Shown here: piece after piece, positions 1-7,926 of the stretch | Numbering within the stretch: the stretch's first letter is position 1 | Layout: the number at the start of each line of letters is the position of its first letter | From: a virus | Lineage: Duplodnaviria; Caudoviricetes | Direction: 5' to 3' (one strand) | DNA length: 28,559 bases | Virus record (IMG/VR): IMGVR_UViG_3300048080_000045 | Location: 1-28,559 of that record | The notes under the pieces: model-generated | What the model saw: only the letters and a program-made list of their open reading frames with translations | What the model was told of the DNA's origin: nothing | Databases searched by the model: none | Made by a program: the position numbers and the translations under genes

Positions 1-189
1 CAGCTTCAGGACGAGAAACTAAAAGTAAACGTATTCAACCTGCCGGCCTTGCGCGAGTGGTTCTATTTTCGGGCCGCAAGTTTCACGATCACCGATACGC
101 CAAACGCATATTACACGACCCGATGTCGAGTCGTACCATTGGATAGAATCGATCCGGTGGCGTTTGTCATTGCCGGAAAGATAATATAG
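1..189 (+). CDS. 3' end of hypothetical protein (partial at window edge)
   Basis: Frame 1 is open from base 1 to TAG at 187-189 (QLQDEKLKVNVFNLPALREWF...RCRVVPLDRID...GKII). Confidence 0.6.
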   Translation, partial: QLQDEKLKVNVFNLPALREWFYFRAASFTITDTPNAYYTTRCRVVPLDRIDPVAFVIAGKII

Positions 190-570
190 CTAAGGCATCA
201 ACGCTCATCATCGCGCCCCGGATGAGCTACATACTGCAATACAAACCCGCTGGGGGGGAATGACCCCAGGCGCAAGGGCGGCGCAACTCACTCAGGTGAT
301 GAGAGGAGTCTAGGTGATCTCTCCGGTTGCGGGGAGTGCCGACGCTCGAAAGTGTCTAATTGGCTGTGGGCAAACCATTGGCGCGTCACTAGCATAGCAT
401 CCGGCAAGAGCCGGGATAGGACATGAGTAGATTACGACCGACCGACCGACCGACTGATGGCTAGAGTCATGGTCTAGGGAGTAAGCATCTATAGGCTTAT
501 TCCCTCTCTCCCTCACTCCCTCAGGCTATAGCCATTGGTCTGTCGGAGTAATTGCAGTTAGCGAAAGGAA
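190..570 (+). ncRNA. Candidate large structured non-coding RNA/leader
   Basis: About 380 nt with no convincing ORF. Stems: 203-209/221-227, 401-405/410-414, 446-468/524-546 and 476-486/495-505, with G-U pairs that work on the + strand. GNRA-like loops are present. Confidence 0.45.
435..454. repeat. (CGAC)5 tandem repeat
   Basis: cgaccgaccgaccgaccgac read directly. Confidence 0.9.
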
Positions 571-576
571 GCGATA

Positions 577-1116
577 ATGACAACCGAACTTGATAATTAC
601 ATCCCCCGGAAATATCCGGGCAATGATGCTCTCGGTCAACTCAAACCCGGCGAAACCGAATCAGTCGGCGCGCTCTACAGCGCCCACCACGCCAGCGCGA
701 CGGCCAACCGGCGGATAGCCGCGCTCATAGGTGAATTGTGGGGCGTGAATTACCTGGCCGCCGGGCCGGGTGTGCAGGGAACCATGCGGCAGGCCGGGCG
801 GCAGGTTCTTCTCGAATGCGAGGGGGACATCAGCGCCGTCGAGGGCCTGATTGAGAAAATGAAGGCGGATCCAAAATGGGCCGCTCCGTGTAAACTATGC
901 CAGAGCGCATACAGCATCGCCGGGCGCATCAAGGCGTATCGGGCGGTACAATTGTCTCTGGCAGAAAAAACGGCGGCGGCAAATACGATGGAGGGCGTCA
1001 TGGGCATGAGTTACGAGGAGTGGGAGGCCGAGGCCGCCGAGAACGCCCGCATCCGGGCCGAGTGGCTGGCGCGAAAGCATATCCTGAACGGAGATGAAGG
1101 AGCAAAAACAGAATGA
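577..1116 (+). CDS. Hypothetical phage protein (179 aa)
   Basis: ORF with AAGGAAG RBS; its stop overlaps the next start (ATGA). Confidence 0.75.
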   Translation: MTTELDNYIPRKYPGNDALGQLKPGETESVGALYSAHHASATANRRIAALIGELWGVNYLAAGPGVQGTMRQAGRQVLLECEGDISAVEGLIEKMKADPKWAAPCKLCQSAYSIAGRIKAYRAVQLSLAEKTAAANTMEGVMGMSYEEWEAEAAENARIRAEWLARKHILNGDEGAKTE

Positions 1117-1337
1117 TGAAACATCTTCAGCCCAAACTATTCATTGAGAATCTGGACGACAGTAATGATCCGCTGTGTGGTATCTTGTTTGGCCTCATCC
1201 TGCTCAGCGTGGTCATTGTCGGCCTTCGCCTGCGGTTGACGCGGGGCGACATTGGCGACGCGGGAATTATTATCCTTAATGTATACATCGGCCTCGAATG
1301 GGGTGGCGGGGAAAGGTCAGAAAAATGGCAACCATAG
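1113..1337 (+). CDS. Small hypothetical membrane protein
   Basis: ATGA coupling to the upstream ORF; two hydrophobic stretches. Confidence 0.55.
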   Translation: MMKHLQPKLFIENLDDSNDPLCGILFGLILLSVVIVGLRLRLTRGDIGDAGIIILNVYIGLEWGGGERSEKWQP

Positions 1338-1347
1338 ATTGGACACT

Positions 1348-1686
1348 ATGACCGTTGATATTCTTGCCTTCAAAGCCTGGATAAATACCCATCCGCACCC
1401 GCCGTCCCCGGTGACAGATGGGCGGCGAACATCAATTCGGATTCACCTGAGCGAGTTGTGCGACGATGATAACGATGCCCGCCACGAGTTTCTGGATTTC
1501 GTCTTTGGGGTGCGGTCAACTAAAGAACTGACCGATACCCAACTCTCCGCGCTCTGGATGTGGCTCGGCCCGCAGGTGGACGAGGAAACCGGAGAATGGC
1601 ACATTCGCCCGCAGTGTGCCGTCACTGTCAAAGCGGTGCTGAGGTCGCGGCAAGTGGAGATGAGGCAAGAGGAGCTAGAACTGTGA
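1348..1686 (+). CDS. Hypothetical phage protein
   Basis: Probable start MTVDILAF at 1348 within ORF 1252-1686; GTGA coupling to the next gene. Confidence 0.7.
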   Translation: MTVDILAFKAWINTHPHPPSPVTDGRRTSIRIHLSELCDDDNDARHEFLDFVFGVRSTKELTDTQLSALWMWLGPQVDEETGEWHIRPQCAVTVKAVLRSRQVEMRQEELEL

Positions 1687-2267
1687 AACCAAATAATTCG
1701 CAGATGAAATACAAAAGGGAAGGCAAGGTTCTGTTGAGCAGTCTCAACCGCGCGCGCTGGTCGCTGGCCTATCACGCTCTGAAAGGCAAGCAGGATAAAA
1801 TCGAATCGTGGGCCGCTATCCTGGCCGACCTTGCACGAGTGGAAGAGCGAACGGTACGCGAGTGGGCGCAGGCGGCAGAGTTCCGGGATGAAGTTGGGCG
1901 CGTCTTTGGCGGCTACATCGATTTGCCATATTCATTTTACGCACGAGCAAGCCGCAAATTAGATGCGCTGAAAATCGAGACCATCATTGAATTGATGCTT
2001 ACCTTTCAGGTTGACAAAAGCGCGAAAATTTCTGAATTCGATTCGCAACTCAATGCCCTGGCCGGGCCGGAACTTCCAGACTATGGCGGATTTCCGCCAT
2101 CGGGATACCCGCTGGCAGATATAATCCGGGACGAAATCTCAAAACTAAAAGAGTTGTCAGTTAGGCCCGATGTACCCGCCTATATCGGCAAATGGGTTGA
2201 AGTGGCCTATCGAACGCTTGATAAAGTATTGGCGATGTTAGAGAGTGAGGCAAAAGCGAACGCATGA
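1683..2267 (+). CDS. Hypothetical protein, possible HTH DNA-binding domain
   Basis: GTG start overlaps the upstream stop with GAGGAG RBS; LADLARVEERTVREW resembles an HTH. Confidence 0.65.
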   Translation: MKPNNSQMKYKREGKVLLSSLNRARWSLAYHALKGKQDKIESWAAILADLARVEERTVREWAQAAEFRDEVGRVFGGYIDLPYSFYARASRKLDALKIETIIELMLTFQVDKSAKISEFDSQLNALAGPELPDYGGFPPSGYPLADIIRDEISKLKELSVRPDVPAYIGKWVEVAYRTLDKVLAMLESEAKANA

Positions 2268-2335
2268 GTGAGTTGATTCGCGCCGACATAAGACGATGGG
2301 CGGCAGATGAGTTTCAATCTGGAGTGAGAGCATGA
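2264..2335 (+). CDS. 23-aa mini-ORF, possible deletion remnant
   Basis: MSELIRADIRRWAADEFQSGVRA; coupled by ATGA overlaps at both ends. Confidence 0.4.
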   Translation: MSELIRADIRRWAADEFQSGVRA

Positions 2336-2637
2336 CTGGCACAGAACTAATCAGCTCCGGCGCGGAACTCCTGCGCGCCACCGGTGGTAAGGTTGTCATA
2401 TTCAACAGCCGCTTCCTAAACTACAACGCTAAAGGGTTTGTTGACCTGGTTTGGATTTTCCGGGATACGACCTTTTACATCGAGGTAAAAGGCGCGGGCG
2501 ACAAAATGCGTCCGGCGCAACGCGAGTTTGCCGAATCCATATCTGACCACTGCGGTTTACACGTCCGGTATCGGATCATTACTACACTAGACGGCTTCGA
2601 GCAAATTGCACGGGAAGGGGCAGGGATACCACGATGA
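2332..2637 (+). CDS. VRR-NUC (PD-(D/E)XK) nuclease/resolvase
   Basis: KGFVDL...FYIEVK...KMRPAQREF motif is typical of VRR-NUC. Confidence 0.8.
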   Translation: MTGTELISSGAELLRATGGKVVIFNSRFLNYNAKGFVDLVWIFRDTTFYIEVKGAGDKMRPAQREFAESISDHCGLHVRYRIITTLDGFEQIAREGAGIPR

Positions 2638-2951
2638 CTCATCTCTACCACGCCACCCCGCCCACCGGCTTGCCTCGCCGCAAGAAAATGTACCCGGCTA
2701 ATCGCGCCAGTACCCGCAATCTCAAGCCAACCAATTCGGAGCGGGATAAATCATATGACGCAGGTTATCAGGGACGGGGCGCAAATCGTACCGATACCAA
2801 CACCGATTCTGATGGCACTGCCCGCCGCAGTCAGCGCGGCCTACGCATCTGCCACTGCGGGGCGAGGCTGAAGGTGAGCGAGCTAAACGCGCACTACAAG
2901 GCGCACCTGGCCGGGACTATCCCGGCAGTTCTGGAAGATGATGACGATTGA
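2634..2951 (+). CDS. Hypothetical protein with C-terminal C2H2-like motif
   Basis: ATGA coupling; CHCG...LNAHYKAH. Confidence 0.55.
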   Translation: MTHLYHATPPTGLPRRKKMYPANRASTRNLKPTNSERDKSYDAGYQGRGANRTDTNTDSDGTARRSQRGLRICHCGARLKVSELNAHYKAHLAGTIPAVLEDDDD

Positions 2952-2954
2952 GTG

Positions 2955-2982
2955 TTGACAAGATAAATTTTAGGAGTACAAT
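2955..2982 (+). promoter_or_regulatory. Sigma70-type promoter
   Basis: TTGACA (2955-2960), 16-nt spacer, TACAAT (2977-2982). Confidence 0.7.
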
Positions 2983-2988
2983 CAATTC

Positions 2989-3186
2989 ATGGACACAGTA
3001 AAATCAAATCTCCGTAAGCGTGGACGACCATCACTTCCAATTAGAAAACTAGTAAAATATTGGCGAACCGTTCGCATCGAACCGGCGCTATATCGCAAGA
3101 TGTCATTGGCGGCGCGGCGAGCTGGCAAGCCTCTGGCGCGGTGGGTGAACGATTGTTTGAGATTGACATTGGAGAATCACAAATGA
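2989..3186 (+). CDS. Ribbon-helix-helix/HicB-like DNA-binding protein
   Basis: RGRP motif followed by TVRIEPALYRKMSLAARRAGKPLARWVNDCL. Confidence 0.7.
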   Translation: MDTVKSNLRKRGRPSLPIRKLVKYWRTVRIEPALYRKMSLAARRAGKPLARWVNDCLRLTLENHK

Positions 3187-3214
3187 ATCCCGTTTATATT
3201 CCACCGACGAAACG

Positions 3215-3661
3215 ATGATTACCCCGCGTGAGATTTTGGAATTACGTATGAGATGTGAGGGAGCTGAGGCCCACGCCAGCCAACTCCAAATGGAATTGGA
3301 AGCGGCCAAAGCGATCATCCTGCAAGATTCGGAGCTCGCCTGGACGTTAAAAAAGCGGGCGGAGGAGGCCGAGCGCGAACGAGAGAGTTTGCGCGGGAGA
3401 TTAGCTGAAACTCTCAATGAAATTTCGGAATGGAAAGACCGCGCCGCCCTCTCCGCCACGCCCGCCGATTCGCTGGCCCGGCTAAGGGCTCTGGAAGCGG
3501 AGCATGTGACATTCTGCCTATGGTATGACAACGACGATGACTCGCTTGTCATGCCACTAATGAACGCTTTGCTAGATGCGCGGGACGCCGTCGAAGCGGC
3601 CCGAAGCGGGGAGAAGCGAAGGAAGGAAAATTATGACAACGAAAATATCTCTCGGAAATGA
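3215..3661 (+). CDS. Hypothetical coiled-coil protein
   Basis: 148-aa ORF with heptad-like Glu/Ala/Arg-rich composition. Confidence 0.65.
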   Translation: MITPREILELRMRCEGAEAHASQLQMELEAAKAIILQDSELAWTLKKRAEEAERERESLRGRLAETLNEISEWKDRAALSATPADSLARLRALEAEHVTFCLWYDNDDDSLVMPLMNALLDARDAVEAARSGEKRRKENYDNENISRK

Positions 3662-3842
3662 TGGATTAAATCTCAATCCGATAGACGTAGAACCAGGTGC
3701 TTGGTACTACGAAGAGAAAAACGGACTGATTATTTATCACAACGGTAAATTTATTTTCGTCATTCCCTGGCGCAAGTTGATCGCGTCGGTGAAGCGCAAA
3801 GAATCCGCCCGGAAAGAATCCGCCCGGAAGGAAGGAAAATAA
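3633..3842 (+). CDS. Hypothetical protein
   Basis: AAGGAA RBS then MTTKISLG. The C-terminal KESAR is duplicated (15-bp tandem repeat, 3798-3827). Confidence 0.65.
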   Translation: MTTKISLGNDGLNLNPIDVEPGAWYYEEKNGLIIYHNGKFIFVIPWRKLIASVKRKESARKESARKEGK

Positions 3843-3843
3843 A

Positions 3844-4029
3844 ATGTGCACGTGTTCAAAAACAAATGAGATTCCGGTTTGCCCTCAGACGGGTGAGGAT
3901 CTCGACCGCGTCGTTCAAATCATCAAATGCAAAATCTTTTTCGACATCATGACTGCCAGCGGGGGCAGGGCCGAATGCCGGGCCATAAATCTGCGGCTCC
4001 CGCCGCTCCCGGAGATGCCAACCGAATGA
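3844..4029 (+). CDS. Small hypothetical protein ending LPPLPEMPTE
   Basis: GAAGGAA RBS; contains copy 1 of the 108-bp repeat. Confidence 0.55.
   Translation: MCTCSKTNEIPVCPQTGEDLDRVVQIIKCKIFFDIMTASGGRAECRAINLRLPPLPEMPTE
3910..4017 (+). repeat. 108-bp exact direct repeat, copy 1
   Basis: gtcgttcaaatc...cccggagatg is identical to 5882-5989. Confidence 0.95.
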
Positions 4030-4181
4030 ACATCCAACGTCATCACATGGCGAGAAATAACATGCAGACCCGCCGCCAGAAGCGCGCCTGGGAAGCGGTG
4101 TTTGCGCTCCTGCTGGCACTGTCAGTCTGCTTCGCGCTCATGGCCGCTTGTGGGGCGATTGGGCTAGGAGGGACGGGATGA
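4026..4181 (+). CDS. Small membrane protein
   Basis: ATGA coupling; hydrophobic VFALLLALSVCFALMAACGAIGL. Confidence 0.6.
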   Translation: MNIQRHHMARNNMQTRRQKRAWEAVFALLLALSVCFALMAACGAIGLGGTG

Positions 4182-4985
4182 GAGCATTTAGCTTTGGCGG
4201 CGGCGTGCAATCGGTTGCGGTTCTGGTGTTGGGCGCTCAGGGAAAAGTCCAGTATGACTATTACCTGTTCTCTAACGTCGGAGAGGATAGTGAAGATCCG
4301 CGAACGTTGGAGTATTTTCGGAATATCGCCCTGCCGTTCGTTTGCCGAAGCACATCATTTGAATTTGATTGAGGTCTGGCGTGAATGGAAACGGGGAGAT
4401 AGAAAGGGTCAGCGCGAGACAGTATACATGCGAAGCATGGGCAACAATCGAAGCATCCCCATTCCGGCTAGAATGTCGAACGGCGCTCCCGGCAATCGCG
4501 CTTGTACATCTGATTTCAAGATAAAAGTCGTCAATAGTTTTTTGAAAGAGCGCGGGGCAACAGAGAAGAATCCCGCAACTGTTGGACTTGGCATCAGCGT
4601 TGACGAAATCCATCGAGCGAGAACAGAGAGCAACTTTCCCGAAGAAATACTTGAATATCCGCTGATAGATTTACGCCTAACTCGCCGCGACTGTGAACGC
4701 ATTATTCGCGATGCAGGTCTGCCCATCCCGCCAAAGTCGGCATGTTATTTCTGCCCATTCAAAAGCCGATCCGAATGGAAACACTTGAAATCCGATAGAC
4801 CGCAGTTATTTGATAAAGCAGTTAAGCTGGAATTGCGACTCAATGAGAAGCGAGGCAACTTGAAGAAAGACTGGGTTTACATTCATCCTGATATGGTTCC
4901 TCTCTCTCAAGCCGTTGCCAACGAACAAATGACGCTAGATCAAAACCCGGACGAGAACTGTGAATCTGGTTATTGCATGACCTGA
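4178..4985 (+). pseudogene. PAPS-reductase-like/adenine-nucleotide alpha-hydrolase (PP-loop) protein, +1 frameshift at ~4340
   Basis: N-terminal SFGGGVQS PP-loop in the frame of 4178. CTSDFKI, GISVDE, SACYFCPF and CESGYCMT lie in the +1 frame. A CGTT duplication at 4335-4342 joins the two parts. Confidence 0.8.
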
Positions 4986-5028
4986 GCGCCGTCTGCGGGG
5001 CGGCGGCGATGGGAGGAGGGTGAGAGAG

Positions 5029-5358
5029 ATGCCATTCAAAGGCAAGAAGAACTCGTATCAATGTGAAGTGTGCAACGGTGTAATCGTTACCGTTGATATT
5101 GATGATGGGACAACTCCGTTCCTTCTGTTGTGCAGGGCAACTCCCAGTTGTGACGGTATGATGAAATCAAATTTCTATCGCATTGACCAGTCAATAAAAG
5201 CGGGGTATGAATGGTTTCGGCCTGCATCGTCAAAGGGATACAGTGCGGGAATGAGACAGCACATTGAGATGGGCGGACTCGTGTTGAGAAAGATCGCCCC
5301 GCCGCCGGAGCGGGCCGCGCCGGTTGACCCCGCGCCCGAAGAAAGCGAGACGAGATGA
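5029..5358 (+). CDS. Zn-binding hypothetical phage protein
   Basis: GGAGG RBS; CEVC and CRATPSC cysteine pairs. Confidence 0.7.
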   Translation: MPFKGKKNSYQCEVCNGVIVTVDIDDGTTPFLLLCRATPSCDGMMKSNFYRIDQSIKAGYEWFRPASSKGYSAGMRQHIEMGGLVLRKIAPPPERAAPVDPAPEESETR

Positions 5359-5788
5359 GTAAACCAATCTTATGCTTGGACTTCGATGGAGTATGTCACT
5401 CCTATACGAGCGGCTGGAAAGGCGCAGATGTCATTCCCGATGATGCAGTACCCGGCTGTTTGAATTTCTCGAACAAGTCGCGCCGCATTTTGATATTCAG
5501 GTGTTCTCGTCAAGAAGCGATTCGTCCGAAGGCATTGCGGCAATGCAATTCTGGTTTGAACATCAACGCCGCAAATGGCGAGCAAACGGCGGGGGACAGG
5601 GATTTACTCAAATCATCAGTATTTCATTTCCAACGAAGAAACCCGCCGCCTTCATCACAATAGATGACCGCGCACTCACATTCAACGGCAAATGGCCGGA
5701 TGTCGAAAGCCTGAAATCGTTTCAGCCCTGGTACAAGCGTATCCCCGCGCCCGCCGGGGAGAGGGCCGAGCAAACGGCAGGAGAATGA
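5355..5788 (+). pseudogene. HAD-superfamily phosphatase-like protein, -1 frameshift at ~5456
   Basis: LDFDGV (HAD motif I) in frame 0. LFEFLEQV..VFSSR..KKPAAFITIDDRA continues in the -1 frame. Confidence 0.8.
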
Positions 5789-5881
5789 GATGGATAAATT
5801 GAAAATAGCGATTAATGCGCTTGACGAAGTGGTGCGCTTGTGGAAACGCAGTAATAAGCGCGACCGCAATACCTGTCAGCA

Positions 5882-5989
5882 GTCGTTCAAATCATCAAAT
5901 GCAAAATCTTTTTCGACATCATGACTGCCAGCGGGGGCAGGGCCGAATGCCGGGCCATAAATCTGCGGCTCCCGCCGCTCCCGGAGATG
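5882..5989 (+). repeat. 108-bp exact direct repeat, copy 2
   Basis: Identical to 3910-4017; out of frame with the ORF starting at 5790. Confidence 0.95.
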
Positions 5990-5997
5990 GAGGAGAA

Positions 5998-6213
5998 ATG
6001 AGCAACATTGTTTGGCCTATTCTCTCTACTGAGGGTGGGAGTGAATAGGTTATCCGTGAGACAGCGGAGCTATTCATTGCCGACGCCTACGAGCGCGGGG
6101 CGAAGGCGGCACGCGAGGCGGACATTGCATGGCTTGCAAATCAGATTGGCTTGCTCTCGCGAGAGAAGATCGCAAAGTTCCGCGCCCTGCCGCTCCCGGA
6201 GATGAATGAATAA
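5998..6213 (+). pseudogene. Small protein with in-frame TAG (6046-6048) inside a hairpin
   Basis: GGAGGAG RBS, then MSNIVWPILSTEGGSE*VIRETAELFIADAYERGAKAAREADIAWL...LPLPEMNE. Confidence 0.55.
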
Positions 6214-6541
6214 TACACACCAGATGATGTTAGTCACTACTCACCCATCCGGGGCTGAGGAGTGGACTTGCCAGGTGTGCGGACGGCGGATTATCATCGG
6301 CGCTCATCAGCTGCTGAAGATTGTCATGCTCAACGTCGGTGATATTACCGTTTTTCACAGCGGCGGTAAGGGCGGTCTGACAATTGGAGAGGTGCGGGTC
6401 GAGCAGGGCCGGCCCAACCCGCTCGCGTTGTCGTGGACGCTCGCCCCGGAAAATGAAGACGATGTTCGCCAACCCAGAAGCGAATCGGCAAAACGAGGTT
6501 GGAAAACCCGCAAACACAAGTACGGGCCAAGCGGACGATAG
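6206..6541 (+). CDS. Hypothetical protein with CxxC
   Basis: THPSGAEEWTCQVCGRR...HSGGKGGL; resembles a Chloroflexi hypothetical family (recalled, not searched). Confidence 0.7.
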   Translation: MNNTHQMMLVTTHPSGAEEWTCQVCGRRIIIGAHQLLKIVMLNVGDITVFHSGGKGGLTIGEVRVEQGRPNPLALSWTLAPENEDDVRQPRSESAKRGWKTRKHKYGPSGR

Positions 6542-6604
6542 GCGACGGCGGAGCAGATGGAGAAACAATGAAATCCAGAGAAAATGAGATGAAATTCAAG
6601 CAAC

Positions 6605-6940
6605 ATGCCACGTAGATCAATCGTAAAGCCCTTTGACGGCATACGCAAGAGAATGCAAGAGCGGTATGACGCTACCGCTGATGATAATGGAAATAAAAGC
6701 TACAGAACTGTTGCTGGAGAGTTTCACATTTCAAAGCCTATGGCGAGGCTGATTATCAAATATGGCTATGAACCAAAAAGCAATGCCATTCTTCGCATTC
6801 TCGGCCTTCCGACAACTCGCCTCGTTCGCGCCAACCCTCCTCGCCGCTGGCAAGACCTGCTGGTGGGCGAACTGCGGCGGACGCTGTTGAATAGGGTAGA
6901 ATATAAACCGTTGAATCCGGAGAACACGATTGACTTTTAG
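6605..6940 (+). CDS. Putative HTH DNA-binding protein
   Basis: SYRTVAGEFHISKPMARLII...YEP...ILGL is HTH-like. Confidence 0.6.
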   Translation: MPRRSIVKPFDGIRKRMQERYDATADDNGNKSYRTVAGEFHISKPMARLIIKYGYEPKSNAILRILGLPTTRLVRANPPRRWQDLLVGELRRTLLNRVEYKPLNPENTIDF

Positions 6941-6950
6941 AGGAGGAGAT

Positions 6951-7073
6951 ATGTTTCCATTCACAACGCAAGAGACGATTTTCATCACAGCCATTTCCGG
7001 CCTCGTCGTCGGCTTTTATCTGGTCTTGACTGGTCTGGCCGAGATGATTAAAAAACGATTCGGGAAATCGTAG
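6951..7073 (+). CDS. 40-aa single-TM protein
   Basis: AGGAGG RBS; MFPFTTQETIFITAISGLVVGFYLVLTGLAEMIKKRFGKS. Confidence 0.65.
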   Translation: MFPFTTQETIFITAISGLVVGFYLVLTGLAEMIKKRFGKS

Positions 7074-7076
7074 GCC

Positions 7077-7775
7077 ATGAAATTCGCGCTTGGGGTAGGG
7101 GCGGTATTAACGTCTCTGCTAACAGTTGGCTGGAGTTCCGTTGGTACTATGATGTATCATCGCCCGCTAACCGTCAATGATTATTGGCTGATGCCTTTTG
7201 CGTTCATCATCACCGTATCGTTGACGGTAATTGTCATTTCGTGGCCGAGCGTCTATAGCGAGCTAATGGCCCATATTGCAGAGGCCGAGAGGAACAAAGC
7301 CGATGCCCGACAGTATCGCCAGTTGTGGCGTGAGGCCCAACCCACCGTTTCCGCCTTTCTCACTCCGCAAATTACTATCCTGTCTGACCATGACCGGGCC
7401 TGGAAGCACTGGCTAATCCGATGTGCGGTAGAGAGTGAGCGGGTTGGGGGCGTGAGCTACCAAAAGATGAAGGGATTTTTCGGCGGAGACCAAACGAAGT
7501 GGCGGGCTTACGTGAATACCCTGGTCGTGTGGGATAAGTGCTGGCCCGTTCAGCCGAGGATTGAAACCTTCCTCAAGCCGGGTATCACCCCGACGCTTAT
7601 CTATGATCTTCTGATAGGCGGAGATTTTCCCCCCGCCCTACCGGACGGGCCGCCGCCTGTTCTCCAACAGCGTCAACAGGGGGATGAGTCAACAGGCTTC
7701 AACAGCGGGGAAACAGACGCCGACAGCCCGGTCATAAACCGTACAGCGCCGACAGGATACGCGGCGGAGCATTAA
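7077..7775 (+). CDS. Membrane protein (two N-terminal TMs) with soluble C-terminal domain
   Basis: 232-aa ORF with two hydrophobic segments. Confidence 0.75.
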   Translation: MKFALGVGAVLTSLLTVGWSSVGTMMYHRPLTVNDYWLMPFAFIITVSLTVIVISWPSVYSELMAHIAEAERNKADARQYRQLWREAQPTVSAFLTPQITILSDHDRAWKHWLIRCAVESERVGGVSYQKMKGFFGGDQTKWRAYVNTLVVWDKCWPVQPRIETFLKPGITPTLIYDLLIGGDFPPALPDGPPPVLQQRQQGDESTGFNSGETDADSPVINRTAPTGYAAEH

Positions 7776-7798
7776 TATCACGATAGGAAAGAGGAGAC

Positions 7799-7926
7799 AT
7801 GAATAGCACAATCTACAAACTGAAAGTAACATTTCTCACAAGTGTACTCGGCACGCAACCAAACAAGGACGTAGCGACCGAATACATTACCTCGAAGGCG
7901 GTTGACGAAAATGGCAACCTGCCAGC
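7799..7926 (+). pseudogene. N-terminal fragment of phage Cas7/RAMP-like protein
   Basis: GAGGAG RBS. YKLKVTFLTSVLGTQP..DVATEYITSK resembles the first RRM strand of RAMP-like phage proteins. Coding-like sequence ends after ~42 aa, where the repeat array begins. Confidence 0.5.

Noticed and set aside
3798-3827. 15-bp tandem duplication sharing AAGAATCCGC with the GT hairpin
   Set aside because: It is an in-frame KESAR duplication, and a single 10-nt match is plausible by chance in 28 kb.
5451-5470. Programmed -1 frameshift in the HAD gene
   Set aside because: No X XXY YYZ slippery heptamer in the correct frame; a 1-bp deletion is the simpler explanation.
3910-5989. 108-bp repeat as a DGR TR/VR pair or att sites
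   Set aside because: The copies are identical with no adenine-specific mismatches, and no integrase or RT is nearby.
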